Below are positions 26,182 through 34,580 of a DNA stretch of 64,000 bases, one piece after another. Made by a program: the position numbers and the translations under genes. The DNA lies in the IMG/VR virus record IMGVR_UViG_3300042922_000270, one strand, 5' to 3'. The stretch is from a virus (taxonomy: Duplodnaviria > Heunggongvirae > Uroviricota > Caudoviricetes). The number at the start of each line of letters is the position of its first letter. The stretch's first letter is position 1. A model generated the notes under the pieces. The model saw only the letters and a list, made by a program, of their open reading frames with translations, had not been told where the DNA came from and did not search any database.

Positions 26182-27114
26182 CTAGTCGTCACGCCCGATG
26201 ATCCGGTTCATCTTGTTCTTCTGCATGTCAGCAGCGGGCGTAGAAGTGGTCTTCACGTCGACGATCTCATCGCCAGTAGCAGCAGCCGCCTGAGCAGCGT
26301 TCTTAGCGCCAATCTCGGTGGAGGTGCCGACCTTACGCTCGTTGAAGACCTTGGCAGCGTGACGCTTGTAGCGGATCTCCTGCAAGAGGTTCTTGGTGCT
26401 CACCGGCTCATCCGGCGTGTAGTTAGCAGCGATGTCCTTGAACACCTCAGCGTAGCGCTTATCGGGGTTGATAGCCCCAGGCTCGTTGAGGCGGTACATC
26501 ATAGCATCGTGCATGATGACCTGAATGTAGAGAGCGACACGGGTCTCACGATTACCCACGTCAGAAACTTCCTTGGACTGGTACTGCTCCAGCCACATAC
26601 TCACGATATCCACCTGAGCGTGAACCTGCATGTGAGTGCCGAAGCCTTCACGGGCATTGTAGATGCTGGTAGCCATAGGACCACGGTCATCGGTGACCTT
26701 GACGAAGATGTGCTCAATGCGGTTGATGCGGTCGGTAGGATCCACCTGAGAGTTGAACTCATCAATGGAGTCCTGGTAGGTCTTCGTCAAGGTCGAAGAG
26801 GTCAACGGGATCCAGTCGTCCTTCTTGTCCTTGTTCTTGGGGTCGATGGCCATGACAATGGCGACACCGTAGTGATCGGCATCCTCATCCATGTTGCCGC
26901 CGAGCGGACCCAACGTACCACCGTAGGTCTTGTAGAAGCCTTCCTTGTTCTTGAGCGGACCCAAGATGTTGAAGCAGATACCACCGGTACCCATGAGAAC
27001 CTTGTTGCTGACCTTCATCTTCTTGACCGGAGTGGTGTTGTCCTCGGTCGAGATGCCAGTGGTGATCTTCTCACCGCCATTACCGGACAGGATGTCCTTC
27101 AAAGAGATAGGCAT
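26182..27114 (-). CDS. Hypothetical protein upstream of RNAP (start corrected to MPISLK)
   Basis: GAAAGGAG hairpin SD before ATG 27114. Confidence 0.85.
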   Translation of the reverse strand: MPISLKDILSGNGGEKITTGISTEDNTTPVKKMKVSNKVLMGTGGICFNILGPLKNKEGFYKTYGGTLGPLGGNMDEDADHYGVAIVMAIDPKNKDKKDDWIPLTSSTLTKTYQDSIDEFNSQVDPTDRINRIEHIFVKVTDDRGPMATSIYNAREGFGTHMQVHAQVDIVSMWLEQYQSKEVSDVGNRETRVALYIQVIMHDAMMYRLNEPGAINPDKRYAEVFKDIAANYTPDEPVSTKNLLQEIRYKRHAAKVFNERKVGTSTEIGAKNAAQAAAATGDEIVDVKTTSTPAADMQKNKMNRIIGRDD

Positions 27115-27257
27115 TAGTTTTCTCCTTTCGATTGAGAATAGCATGCCTCGCGGGAATTAACAGTACCGTCGAGGGACGACTTGCACTGATAATTTTTAAG
27201 GGTTGGATACAAGGGATAGATAACCATTGTACTAGACCTTAGTCTGCATCACCTCCT

Positions 27258-27722
27258 TTACGTGGAGTAGTAGGCTTCACCGTGCGCCTCCAAGAAATCA
27301 AGAATCTTCTTCACGTCACCCTTGATCGTGGAGATATGACCAATGCCAGAGATGATACCAGCCATGTTCTGAACCATCTGGGTCTCTGGCATGTTGAGCA
27401 TCTTATAGAGCTTCTGGAGTGTGACCCGGAGCTTCAACCAATTGAAGTCAGCGGGCTCTTGCTTCATGTAGTTCCAGTCGATATAGGGAAGCAGCGGACC
27501 TTCCCAACCAAGGGATTGCATGAGAACGTAGATCTGCTGGCTGTGGTGGACAGTAATGCCCGCACCATCAATGGGTGCAGGGTTCTTATCCAACCACTCA
27601 GTCTCCTTCTTGAAGCGCTCTTCCATATCAGTGATGCGCTCCACCATGAGAATGGTCTGAGAGTTCTGGGTCATCTGGGCGTGATAGGTAGCCAGGACCT
27701 TGTTAGCAATAAACTCACTCAT
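27258..27722 (-). CDS. Hypothetical protein
   Basis: 154 aa, TAATG coupling, GAGGAG SD. Confidence 0.8.
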   Translation of the reverse strand: MSEFIANKVLATYHAQMTQNSQTILMVERITDMEERFKKETEWLDKNPAPIDGAGITVHHSQQIYVLMQSLGWEGPLLPYIDWNYMKQEPADFNWLKLRVTLQKLYKMLNMPETQMVQNMAGIISGIGHISTIKGDVKKILDFLEAHGEAYYST

Positions 27723-28024
27723 TAGTTATTCTCCTCATCGACATTGTCGTAGCCGCAGTGGGAGCAGATACCATCAGTCTTGTCCAAGTTAGTGTAGTTA
27801 CGGCAGGCAATGCACTTATCCTTGTAGTCCGTGGAGCAGGTACGGCAGCCCACGAAGATGTACTCATCACCCTTAAACGAAGTAGCAGTAGCAACCACAT
27901 TAGCAGACTTGCACTTAGGACAGCAGGGCCAGCCCTTAAGGCACCCATTAAAGCAGGAATACAGACCAGTCTCGTCCTTAGCCATAACCTTTTCACAGAT
28001 AATGCAGATGGGCAAATTAATCAT
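27722..28024 (-). CDS. Multi-CxxC zinc-binding protein
   Basis: CIIC, CPKC, CRTC, CIAC, CSHC; GGAGG SD. Confidence 0.8.
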   Translation of the reverse strand: MINLPICIICEKVMAKDETGLYSCFNGCLKGWPCCPKCKSANVVATATSFKGDEYIFVGCRTCSTDYKDKCIACRNYTNLDKTDGICSHCGYDNVDEENN

Positions 28025-28025
28025 G

Positions 28026-28130
28026 TTACTTCACCTCCGACTTGATAGCGGTGAGGATGTACTTACGAGCTTCCTTCTTGTTGATGTTGTACCACATACG
28101 AGCTTGAGAGATAGCGAAGTGCTTGGTCAT
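28026..28130 (-). CDS. 34-aa basic protein (not in ORF track)
   Basis: MTKHFAISQARMWYNINKKEARKYILTAIKSEVK behind a hairpin SD. Confidence 0.75.
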   Translation of the reverse strand: MTKHFAISQARMWYNINKKEARKYILTAIKSEVK

Positions 28131-28206
28131 AGTAATAGCTCCTTTCACGAGCATACTAAGGATTGTGTGGGGATTTATCCTTACACCACACCATCAAGCA
28201 CCAGAG

Positions 28207-28455
28207 TTAGTCCCCGTAGGTCACCCAGCTCCACATGACGTGGTAAGCGTACTCATCACCATAATCGTGGCAAGCCTCCTGGTAAGGCTCACCCAACTCA
28301 GTGGTGTCGGGATCGAAGATGGGAAGGGATTCCACCAATTGACGCACGGTCACAGCCACAGGGATGCTGATGCTCTCCCCGTTCAAGGTGCAGATGGGCT
28401 CTTCTTTCCCACGAGGAGTAACCATGCTGAGAGAATTGTACTTAGCGGTCTTCAT
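28207..28455 (-). CDS. Hypothetical protein (start MKTAKY)
   Basis: Hairpin SD before ATG 28455. Confidence 0.8.
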   Translation of the reverse strand: MKTAKYNSLSMVTPRGKEEPICTLNGESISIPVAVTVRQLVESLPIFDPDTTELGEPYQEACHDYGDEYAYHVMWSWVTYGD

Positions 28456-28477
28456 GTTATAATCTCCTTTCACGAGA

Positions 28478-28729
28478 CTAAAGGTTAGCCAGGTCACGGG
28501 TGTGGAACTCGCCCACGAACTTGTCACCAGCGTAGTAGATGGCGACAGTGCCTTCGTATTCCCCACGCATGACGTTTCCGGTGAGGGCCACGATCGACCA
28601 ATCAGAGATCATGCCGTCTTCCGGATCATCAGCCCAGAGGCCGATCTTCTCGTAGGTCAGCTTCTGCAGCTTGACGTAGGTCAGGGTCTCGATGTTGTTG
28701 CGGAGCCAGTTCAGGTTGATGTTAGCCAT
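28478..28729 (-). CDS. Hypothetical protein (start MANINL)
   Basis: Hairpin SD before ATG 28729. Confidence 0.8.
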   Translation of the reverse strand: MANINLNWLRNNIETLTYVKLQKLTYEKIGLWADDPEDGMISDWSIVALTGNVMRGEYEGTVAIYYAGDKFVGEFHTRDLANL

Positions 28730-28819
28730 TGTCTTTAGTTCCTTTCGTAGAACTATTAGATGGGTTGCCTGGGGATTTATTAAGTGGTTACACCAGGCTG
28801 TCAACCGAGAGGAAACTAA

Positions 28820-29260
28820 TTAGGGGCAGTAACGGTAGGAATCGGTGTAGTAGTCGTCATCCTGGTCATCGTAGCTGGCCATCTCAGCCCGGTAGTCGGC
28901 CTTGTCCTTGGCCATACGGTTCACGTGCTTGGGCTGAGTCCAGCACTCGTTGCAGATGTCCATGGGCTCATCGCCCTGTGCCGCGTAGAAGTCGTACCAC
29001 TTCCACTGACGCATGTCCCTGTTGAGCTTGAGCTGCTTGCAGTCCTGGCAGCAGGTCTTCTGGTTGTTGTGGTCCTCGATGTGCTGAGTGTAGCAGTCCA
29101 AGCACACCACGTAGCGAGTGAGTGGACCAAACGAGTCGTCTTCGTTGAGGGATGCGTAGGCTTGAGCTTGGGCATCCATCAGGTGAGGGCACAACTCAGT
29201 ATTGGGGTGATCCAGGAGATCCTTCGTAATGTTGAAGGACGTAGCGAGAATGTTAGCCAT
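28820..29260 (-). CDS. Cys-rich putative Zn-binding protein
   Basis: CPH, CLDC, CQDC, CNEC; hairpin SD. Confidence 0.85.
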   Translation of the reverse strand: MANILATSFNITKDLLDHPNTELCPHLMDAQAQAYASLNEDDSFGPLTRYVVCLDCYTQHIEDHNNQKTCCQDCKQLKLNRDMRQWKWYDFYAAQGDEPMDICNECWTQPKHVNRMAKDKADYRAEMASYDDQDDDYYTDSYRYCP

Positions 29261-29340
29261 TGTTATCAGTTCCTTTCACGAACTAATATGTGGGATTGTG
29301 CAGGGATTTACCCGGTTACACTGCACAGTCAACCGTGACA

Positions 29341-29637
29341 TTAGTTCTTCAGCCAGCCCAGCTTGGCCATGTCTTCGAGGTTCAGAGGCGTGATGAAGTC
29401 GCCATCAGTGTCGCCCATGTTGTTGTAGTACAAGGGATCGGTCTTCAAAGCAGCCCAGGAGTAGAACTTAACATCCGAGCCATCAGCAGCGTAGCCCGAG
29501 ATGAAGTAGTGCCACACACTGCCCACTTTACGGGCGTACAGCTTGGCGCCCGATTGCAGCATCATGGAGTGGCCACGACGGAGAGCACGACGGATCTTGT
29601 GGTTGATGTGGTAGGCCTGAACGAACATGGTCTTCAT
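29341..29637 (-). CDS. Hypothetical protein (start MKTMFV)
   Basis: Hairpin SD before ATG 29637. Confidence 0.8.
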   Translation of the reverse strand: MKTMFVQAYHINHKIRRALRRGHSMMLQSGAKLYARKVGSVWHYFISGYAADGSDVKFYSWAALKTDPLYYNNMGDTDGDFITPLNLEDMAKLGWLKN

Positions 29638-29745
29638 AGTGTTTAGTTCCTTTCGTAGAACTAAGGCTGGTCTCGCTAGGTTACAGCCATTAACCCTAGT
29701 CTCAGAGCCCTCCACATATCGTGAAAGGCGCTGAGTTAGAGTTAA

Positions 29746-30588
29746 CTACTTCTGGTTCTTAGTAACCCAATCACCGATGAAGTTGTAGATCTCCTCAAAG
29801 GACATAGTCTCCAGAACCTTAGCGTTAAGCTCAAGGTGAGACTTGCTCTCAGAGATGATGAGCTGCTCCACAGGGAAATTGCGAACAGAGACCAGAAGGT
29901 TCTCCATGAAACGCTTGGTCCGCTTACCAAAGCCAGTGCTGATATCACTGATAGCGTAATCCACATCATCAGCAACACGCTGGTTGATGTTAGCAGAGGC
30001 ATCACGCTCACTGTAGAGGATCTGCATGTGAGCATCATTGAACAGGCCAACATCCATGAGAGTCTGCACCTGCTCTTCGGTCAGGGACTGGAAGCGGCTA
30101 ACGTTGTCGAAGTTGGTGAGACGCATACGAGGCATGTGGAATGCATCAATATCAAACGTCACGACCTGAATGGGCTGCTTGGGCAAGACACCGGCACGAA
30201 CGCACAATTCGAAGTTGGTCTTGTTCTTACGGGTGCTGGCTTTACGAACAGCAGGCATAGCAACGTAGTTATCGGGGTTCTGCTTCACGTAGCGCTCTTG
30301 GAATTCACGCTCCTCACCCTTGTGCTCGACTTCGTAGTATTCGACTTGATAGGTGTAACCCTCAAGACGCCACTCGATCTTGTCATTGACGGCGTTGGGC
30401 ATGAACAGCTTGTCCAGGTTGTCCTGGCTCTTCCAGAAGAAGTTGCGCCAGGCGTGAGGATGACCAGTGGTTTCGGGGTTGATCTGCTTGAGTTTGGTCT
30501 TGAACAATCCCTTGGTGATAGGCGCATCGAACTGCAGATCAACGTGGAGATTACGAGGACCAGAGATAACCATGTGGAAAGTCTTCAT
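29746..30588 (-). CDS. Hypothetical protein
   Basis: 280 aa, hairpin SD. Confidence 0.85.
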   Translation of the reverse strand: MKTFHMVISGPRNLHVDLQFDAPITKGLFKTKLKQINPETTGHPHAWRNFFWKSQDNLDKLFMPNAVNDKIEWRLEGYTYQVEYYEVEHKGEEREFQERYVKQNPDNYVAMPAVRKASTRKNKTNFELCVRAGVLPKQPIQVVTFDIDAFHMPRMRLTNFDNVSRFQSLTEEQVQTLMDVGLFNDAHMQILYSERDASANINQRVADDVDYAISDISTGFGKRTKRFMENLLVSVRNFPVEQLIISESKSHLELNAKVLETMSFEEIYNFIGDWVTKNQK

Positions 30589-30652
30589 TTGTATTAGTTC
30601 CTTTCACGAACTAAAGAAGGGGAGACCATTAAGATCTCCCCCAGTAATACCG

Positions 30653-30970
30653 TTAGACGAAGTTAGCGGTAGCCAGGTGGTTAACGCTATCGTGGAGGTA
30701 GTTGGCCTTCATGATAACGCCCTGACGATAGCCCTCAGCCTTGAGGGAGTACTTGAAGGTGAGGTGATTGTAGAGACCAACCAGGTCATCCAAGACGGCG
30801 ATCTTACGGCCGTACTCGGTGCCGTCCACACGGCTGTTGATGAACATGCTCTCCAGTTCATGGATGATGCCGCCGTAGCGCTGAACAGTCTCCATGATCT
30901 TGGTGGTGTTGTTGATGTCGATGGCCACGACCTCACGGGCGATGGTGATGGCGGTGTCGATGTTGATCAT
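30653..30970 (-). CDS. Hypothetical protein
   Basis: 105 aa, hairpin SD. Confidence 0.8.
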   Translation of the reverse strand: MINIDTAITIAREVVAIDINNTTKIMETVQRYGGIIHELESMFINSRVDGTEYGRKIAVLDDLVGLYNHLTFKYSLKAEGYRQGVIMKANYLHDSVNHLATANFV

Positions 30971-31035
30971 TGTCTTAATCTCCTTTCACGAGATAGACGG
31001 TGAGCAGTTTAACCTCATGCTCAGGAGGGCAGAAA

Positions 31036-31269
31036 CTAATCGAACCAGGTGTTGTTGTACTCGTCCCGTGCACGACGGAAACGATCAGCGTCAACCACGT
31101 TACCCTTAGACGCCTTGTGCTTCTTGTTGGCTGCCTCAGCCTGCTTATCCCACTTAGCCTTGAGGGCCTCCATTTCAGGAGACCCGGCCTCGGGAAGCTT
31201 GATACCCAAGTGAGAGATGTCCTGACCAAACATATCAGGAGTGACCACGATCTTCTTGCTCATAATCAT
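31036..31269 (-). CDS. Hypothetical protein (start MIMSKK)
   Basis: AAGGAGG SD at the stop of the upstream gene. Confidence 0.75.
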   Translation of the reverse strand: MIMSKKIVVTPDMFGQDISHLGIKLPEAGSPEMEALKAKWDKQAEAANKKHKASKGNVVDADRFRRARDEYNNTWFD

Positions 31270-31276
31270 ACCCTCC

Positions 31277-31474
31277 TTAGAACCGCACACCGGCGTTGAT
31301 AGCGAGAGTGTAGCCCAGGCCGATGCAGAAGAGAACCATAGCGATAAGCATCCAGATGGTGAAGACAATGGTGATCCGCTTGTTGCGAGCTTTACGCTGA
31401 CGAGTGCGCTCCCAGTTGATCTTGACCTCGATCTCCTGAAGCATGTCCTTGAGGTAGAAGTGCTGGTTGTTCAT
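31277..31474 (-). CDS. Small protein with C-terminal TM (start MNNQHF)
   Basis: Hairpin SD; basic stretch followed by a hydrophobic helix. Confidence 0.8.
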   Translation of the reverse strand: MNNQHFYLKDMLQEIEVKINWERTRQRKARNKRITIVFTIWMLIAMVLFCIGLGYTLAINAGVRF

Positions 31475-31496
31475 GGTGTAATCTCCTTTCACGAGA

Positions 31497-31652
31497 CTAA
31501 GCCGAAAGCCAGGACAGGAAGAAAGCAGCGACAGCACCAAGCGTGTACTTGATGCCGGCGTGCCAACGGTAGCGCTGAGTGAGCTTGGCCTCACGCTTGG
31601 ACACGTACGTGCCGCGCACCTTGGTCATGACGATAACAGTGTTGGAAGCCAT
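31497..31652 (-). CDS. 51-aa tail-anchored protein (not in ORF track)
   Basis: MASNTVIVMTKVRG...GAVAAFFLSWLSA behind a hairpin SD. Confidence 0.75.
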   Translation of the reverse strand: MASNTVIVMTKVRGTYVSKREAKLTQRYRWHAGIKYTLGAVAAFFLSWLSA

Positions 31653-31756
31653 GGTGATATATTCTCCTTTCACGAGAATACTTAGTCCACCTACACGATG
31701 TAGATAGTACTAATGACCAGGCCCTCCACATGGAAGGACCTGGATTTAGTACTATA

Positions 31757-32032
31757 CTACTTAGCCTTAGTAGCGATGTACACCTGACCCTTGTTGTTCA
31801 TAACCATAGCAGAGGTGATGCGGATACCCCGACCAGCGAACCAGTAGGCAGCATTGAGGACGTCCTCCTCGTAGAAGTCGTAGCCCTTGTTGTCAATGGT
31901 CATAGCGTTCTCAGCAGCCAGCTTGAGTTCGGCATCAGTGTAGGCCTCCATCCAATTCGTACCAGTAGGAGTAGCCAAGAGAAAGAGAACCGAGATGAGG
32001 AACGTGGTGAAACCGATAGCGTTCTTAATCAT
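31757..32032 (-). CDS. Signal-peptide/TM protein (start MIKNAI)
   Basis: Hairpin SD; N-terminal hydrophobic segment. Confidence 0.8.
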   Translation of the reverse strand: MIKNAIGFTTFLISVLFLLATPTGTNWMEAYTDAELKLAAENAMTIDNKGYDFYEEDVLNAAYWFAGRGIRITSAMVMNNKGQVYIATKAK

Positions 32033-32143
32033 TGTTATTAGTTCCTTTCGTAGAACTAACATAGGATAGCGCCATACACTGTGTATAGCAATAACCCTAA
32101 TGACTAGGCCCTCCCCGAAGGAAGGACCTAGGTTTAGAGTTAT

Positions 32144-32341
32144 TTAGTTGTTGATGATACCCCAGTAAGTATCACGGTAAATGGTATCACCATGACCCTT
32201 GATACCGTACCAGGCATCCGAGAAACCCGAGTGAGGGTGGAAGTAGTTGTTCACATCGAACTTGGACATGTAAGCGTCCTGAGCAGCCTTGGCCTGTTCC
32301 TGAGCGTACGAGACCACGTGAGCGTTGAGGTTGGTGGACAT
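32144..32341 (-). CDS. Hypothetical protein
   Basis: 65 aa, hairpin SD. Confidence 0.8.
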   Translation of the reverse strand: MSTNLNAHVVSYAQEQAKAAQDAYMSKFDVNNYFHPHSGFSDAWYGIKGHGDTIYRDTYWGIINN

Positions 32342-32443
32342 AATATTCTCCTTTCACGAGAACATCTAGCTACCGGGCACGATACCCAATAGTCCTAGTG
32401 GCTAAGCTCTCCTCCGAAGAGAAGAGCCTAGATCTAAGACTAT

Positions 32444-33157
32444 CTACGCCTGCTGGGACAGGAAGTACTGTACACGCACACGCTCAAGGTGCTCCTGCTC
32501 AGCACGGGCAGCAGCAAGGGTGTACTGTACAGCCACCTGGTGCTTGTCCTTGTGGGTGGTGTACTTGGACTTGTAGCGGTCCACGTAGTCCTGTGCACCG
32601 TAGGACAGGAGAGCGTACTCAATACCAAGCTCAGCAGCAAGCTCAAGCTCAGCCTCAATACGCTCATTGTACTCAACGCTGTTAGCATTAAGCATGTCCT
32701 TACGAAGGGCATCCTCGATAGCCTTCTGCTCATCAATGGTAGCCTGCTCATCCTTGTACATGTCAGTGACAAGATCAGTACGACGAGTGTTATCGTAGTT
32801 GATCTCCCACAGGAAGGCAGCGCAGGTAGCGGTGAACATACCAGCCATGAATGCCCACATGTAGATCATCTCCACGAAGGTATCGTACACCTTACCAGTG
32901 AACATCTCATTGGTAGGCATGATCTCAGCCACACCCATGAAGGTGAGGATGGAGGCGATGACAGGGACAATCGTCCCCACCACACGGGTCTTACGGCTAG
33001 CAACACGCATGCTGTACACCTCAGCACGCATCAGAGGACGACCGTAGTAGCCATCCGTGATAGCGTTGGTGCTACAGGTCTTCGCGATAGCCTGAGCGAT
33101 GAGGCCAGCGAGAGCGGGGAAGAGAACGACGACCAGGAGGAAGATAACGTTAGACAT
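32444..33157 (-). CDS. Membrane protein (3 TM plus coiled coil), first gene of the leftward block
   Basis: Start MSNVIF behind a hairpin SD. Confidence 0.85.
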   Translation of the reverse strand: MSNVIFLLVVVLFPALAGLIAQAIAKTCSTNAITDGYYGRPLMRAEVYSMRVASRKTRVVGTIVPVIASILTFMGVAEIMPTNEMFTGKVYDTFVEMIYMWAFMAGMFTATCAAFLWEINYDNTRRTDLVTDMYKDEQATIDEQKAIEDALRKDMLNANSVEYNERIEAELELAAELGIEYALLSYGAQDYVDRYKSKYTTHKDKHQVAVQYTLAAARAEQEHLERVRVQYFLSQQA

Positions 33158-33377
33158 AGTATTGTCTCCTTTCACGAGACTAAGAAAGTGCAAGTACCCA
33201 CCCCCTACTGGGGGGTACCCCACCATCTACTATATTCTAAGTTTTCTCCCGACCCCACTTCCCACAATAGTTTATATAAAGTATACTATAGATTAGGTAC
33301 CATAAATTAGGGTACCCATAAATACACTATGACCCATTGCCTCAACTGGCGGGGGTCCCATTAGGAGACCATCACAC

Positions 33378-33590
33378 ATGGACCATCACCACGAAGACAT
33401 AAAGAATAGAATTCTAGATGAACAGATTCGTAATCTTCGCGCTACCCTTGAATTAGCCAACCAGATATTAGCCGACATTGAGCGTAAACGTAACTCAGAT
33501 AAGTTGTTTGAGTTTATGAAAGACTCTATGCCTAAAGAGATTAGGGATGCTATGGATCAGATGAAGAAGGAGCTACTTGACGATGAATAA
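33378..33590 (+). CDS. Small coiled-coil protein
   Basis: AGGAG SD, 70 aa. Confidence 0.75.
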   Translation: MDHHHEDIKNRILDEQIRNLRATLELANQILADIERKRNSDKLFEFMKDSMPKEIRDAMDQMKKELLDDE

Positions 33591-33819
33591 TGACAAGCAA
33601 CTATCACAAGTACTCAAGTGGTATGGGGACTGCTTAGAGGAAAACACACATCTACGTAAGAGGCTCCTGGAGGCCGATTCTGCTGCTTCAGCTTTAGCAG
33701 GTATCATTGCTGAGTTGGGCACTCCCGAGATGAAGCATGAGGCTAAGGCGGCCATTAAGTTCCTAATGATGTTGAACGCACATCCCTTTGAGAAACAGGC
33801 ACCTGACGATGACGCCTAA
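33577..33819 (+). CDS. Hypothetical protein
   Basis: Overlapping gene train, AAGGAG SD. Confidence 0.7.
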   Translation: MTMNNDKQLSQVLKWYGDCLEENTHLRKRLLEADSAASALAGIIAELGTPEMKHEAKAAIKFLMMLNAHPFEKQAPDDDA

Positions 33820-34027
33820 GGAGTACTTGAATCACTTAAATAAACAGGCTAAGGTCTTCAAAGCTGTGTCCCAGATTATGGGTAAGATGGAGGTGATAGA
33901 GATGCAGCGAATGGAGATAGACCTACTAATAAATGATATAGAGAAGTTAGATCCTGAGATAGCCGCCTCCCTACGGTCGACGGACCTTAGAAACATTACC
34001 CTAAGGGGTGACGGAGGTGAAGAGTAA
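33788..34027 (+). CDS. Hypothetical protein
   Basis: Likely start MTPKEY. Confidence 0.65.
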   Translation: MRNRHLTMTPKEYLNHLNKQAKVFKAVSQIMGKMEVIEMQRMEIDLLINDIEKLDPEIAASLRSTDLRNITLRGDGGEE

Positions 34028-34287
34028 TGGCTCAACAAAGAGTACAACTTAATAGGTGGGTATTACCTGAGACCCTTGAGTTCTTAAACAACCTAGCTAT
34101 TGTTCGAGGATACAAGCAGGGACCTATGATGGATCGTGTCATAGAAGAGTATCAGGACCCGCCAGTATACTATCTAATGGATAAGTTGGTAGAGAAGCTG
34201 CCCAAGGAGAATTACTTTACAGAGGCAGAGAGGTTCCAGCTTGAACAACTGAAAGAGATTATCGACCGTGAACTTCAGAGACCATGA
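34027..34287 (+). CDS. Putative ribbon-helix-helix DNA-binding protein
   Basis: RVQLNRWVLPETLEFLNNLAIVRGYKQGPMMDRVIEEY fits the RHH pattern; GGAGG SD. Confidence 0.55.
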   Translation: MAQQRVQLNRWVLPETLEFLNNLAIVRGYKQGPMMDRVIEEYQDPPVYYLMDKLVEKLPKENYFTEAERFQLEQLKEIIDRELQRP

Positions 34288-34523
34288 GAAACTAGCGCAG
34301 ACTGAAGTCTTTAAGGATAATAAATTCTTAGCTGTCCACTTAAAGATAAACGAATTCAAGATTCAGATAAATAGACTTAACGAGCTACTAAAGAAGAAGA
34401 TGTAGAAAGAGGGGGTCCCATGACCCCCTCTAACTACACCTATACCCAGAGAATGTATCTAATAGGATCGAAAGTCGCCTCAATGTGGGCCCTATTAGAT
34501 ACCTGGAAAACTTATCAAGTAAA

Positions 34524-34553
34524 ATGGGGACCCCTCACAAAGGGGGTCCCCAT
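34524..34553 (-). terminator. Terminator after the giant gene
   Basis: ATGGGGACCCC(C)-TTTGTG-AGGGGTCCCCAT-TTT. Confidence 0.65.
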
Positions 34554-34580
34554 ATTAAGTTATATAATCGAGATCACTTC

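Noticed and set aside
18658-33310. Many other plus-strand ORFs (e.g. 18669, 19588, 20603, 26359, 29836, 32489)
   Set aside because: Same antisense shadow effect; the minus-strand genes carry the SD motifs.
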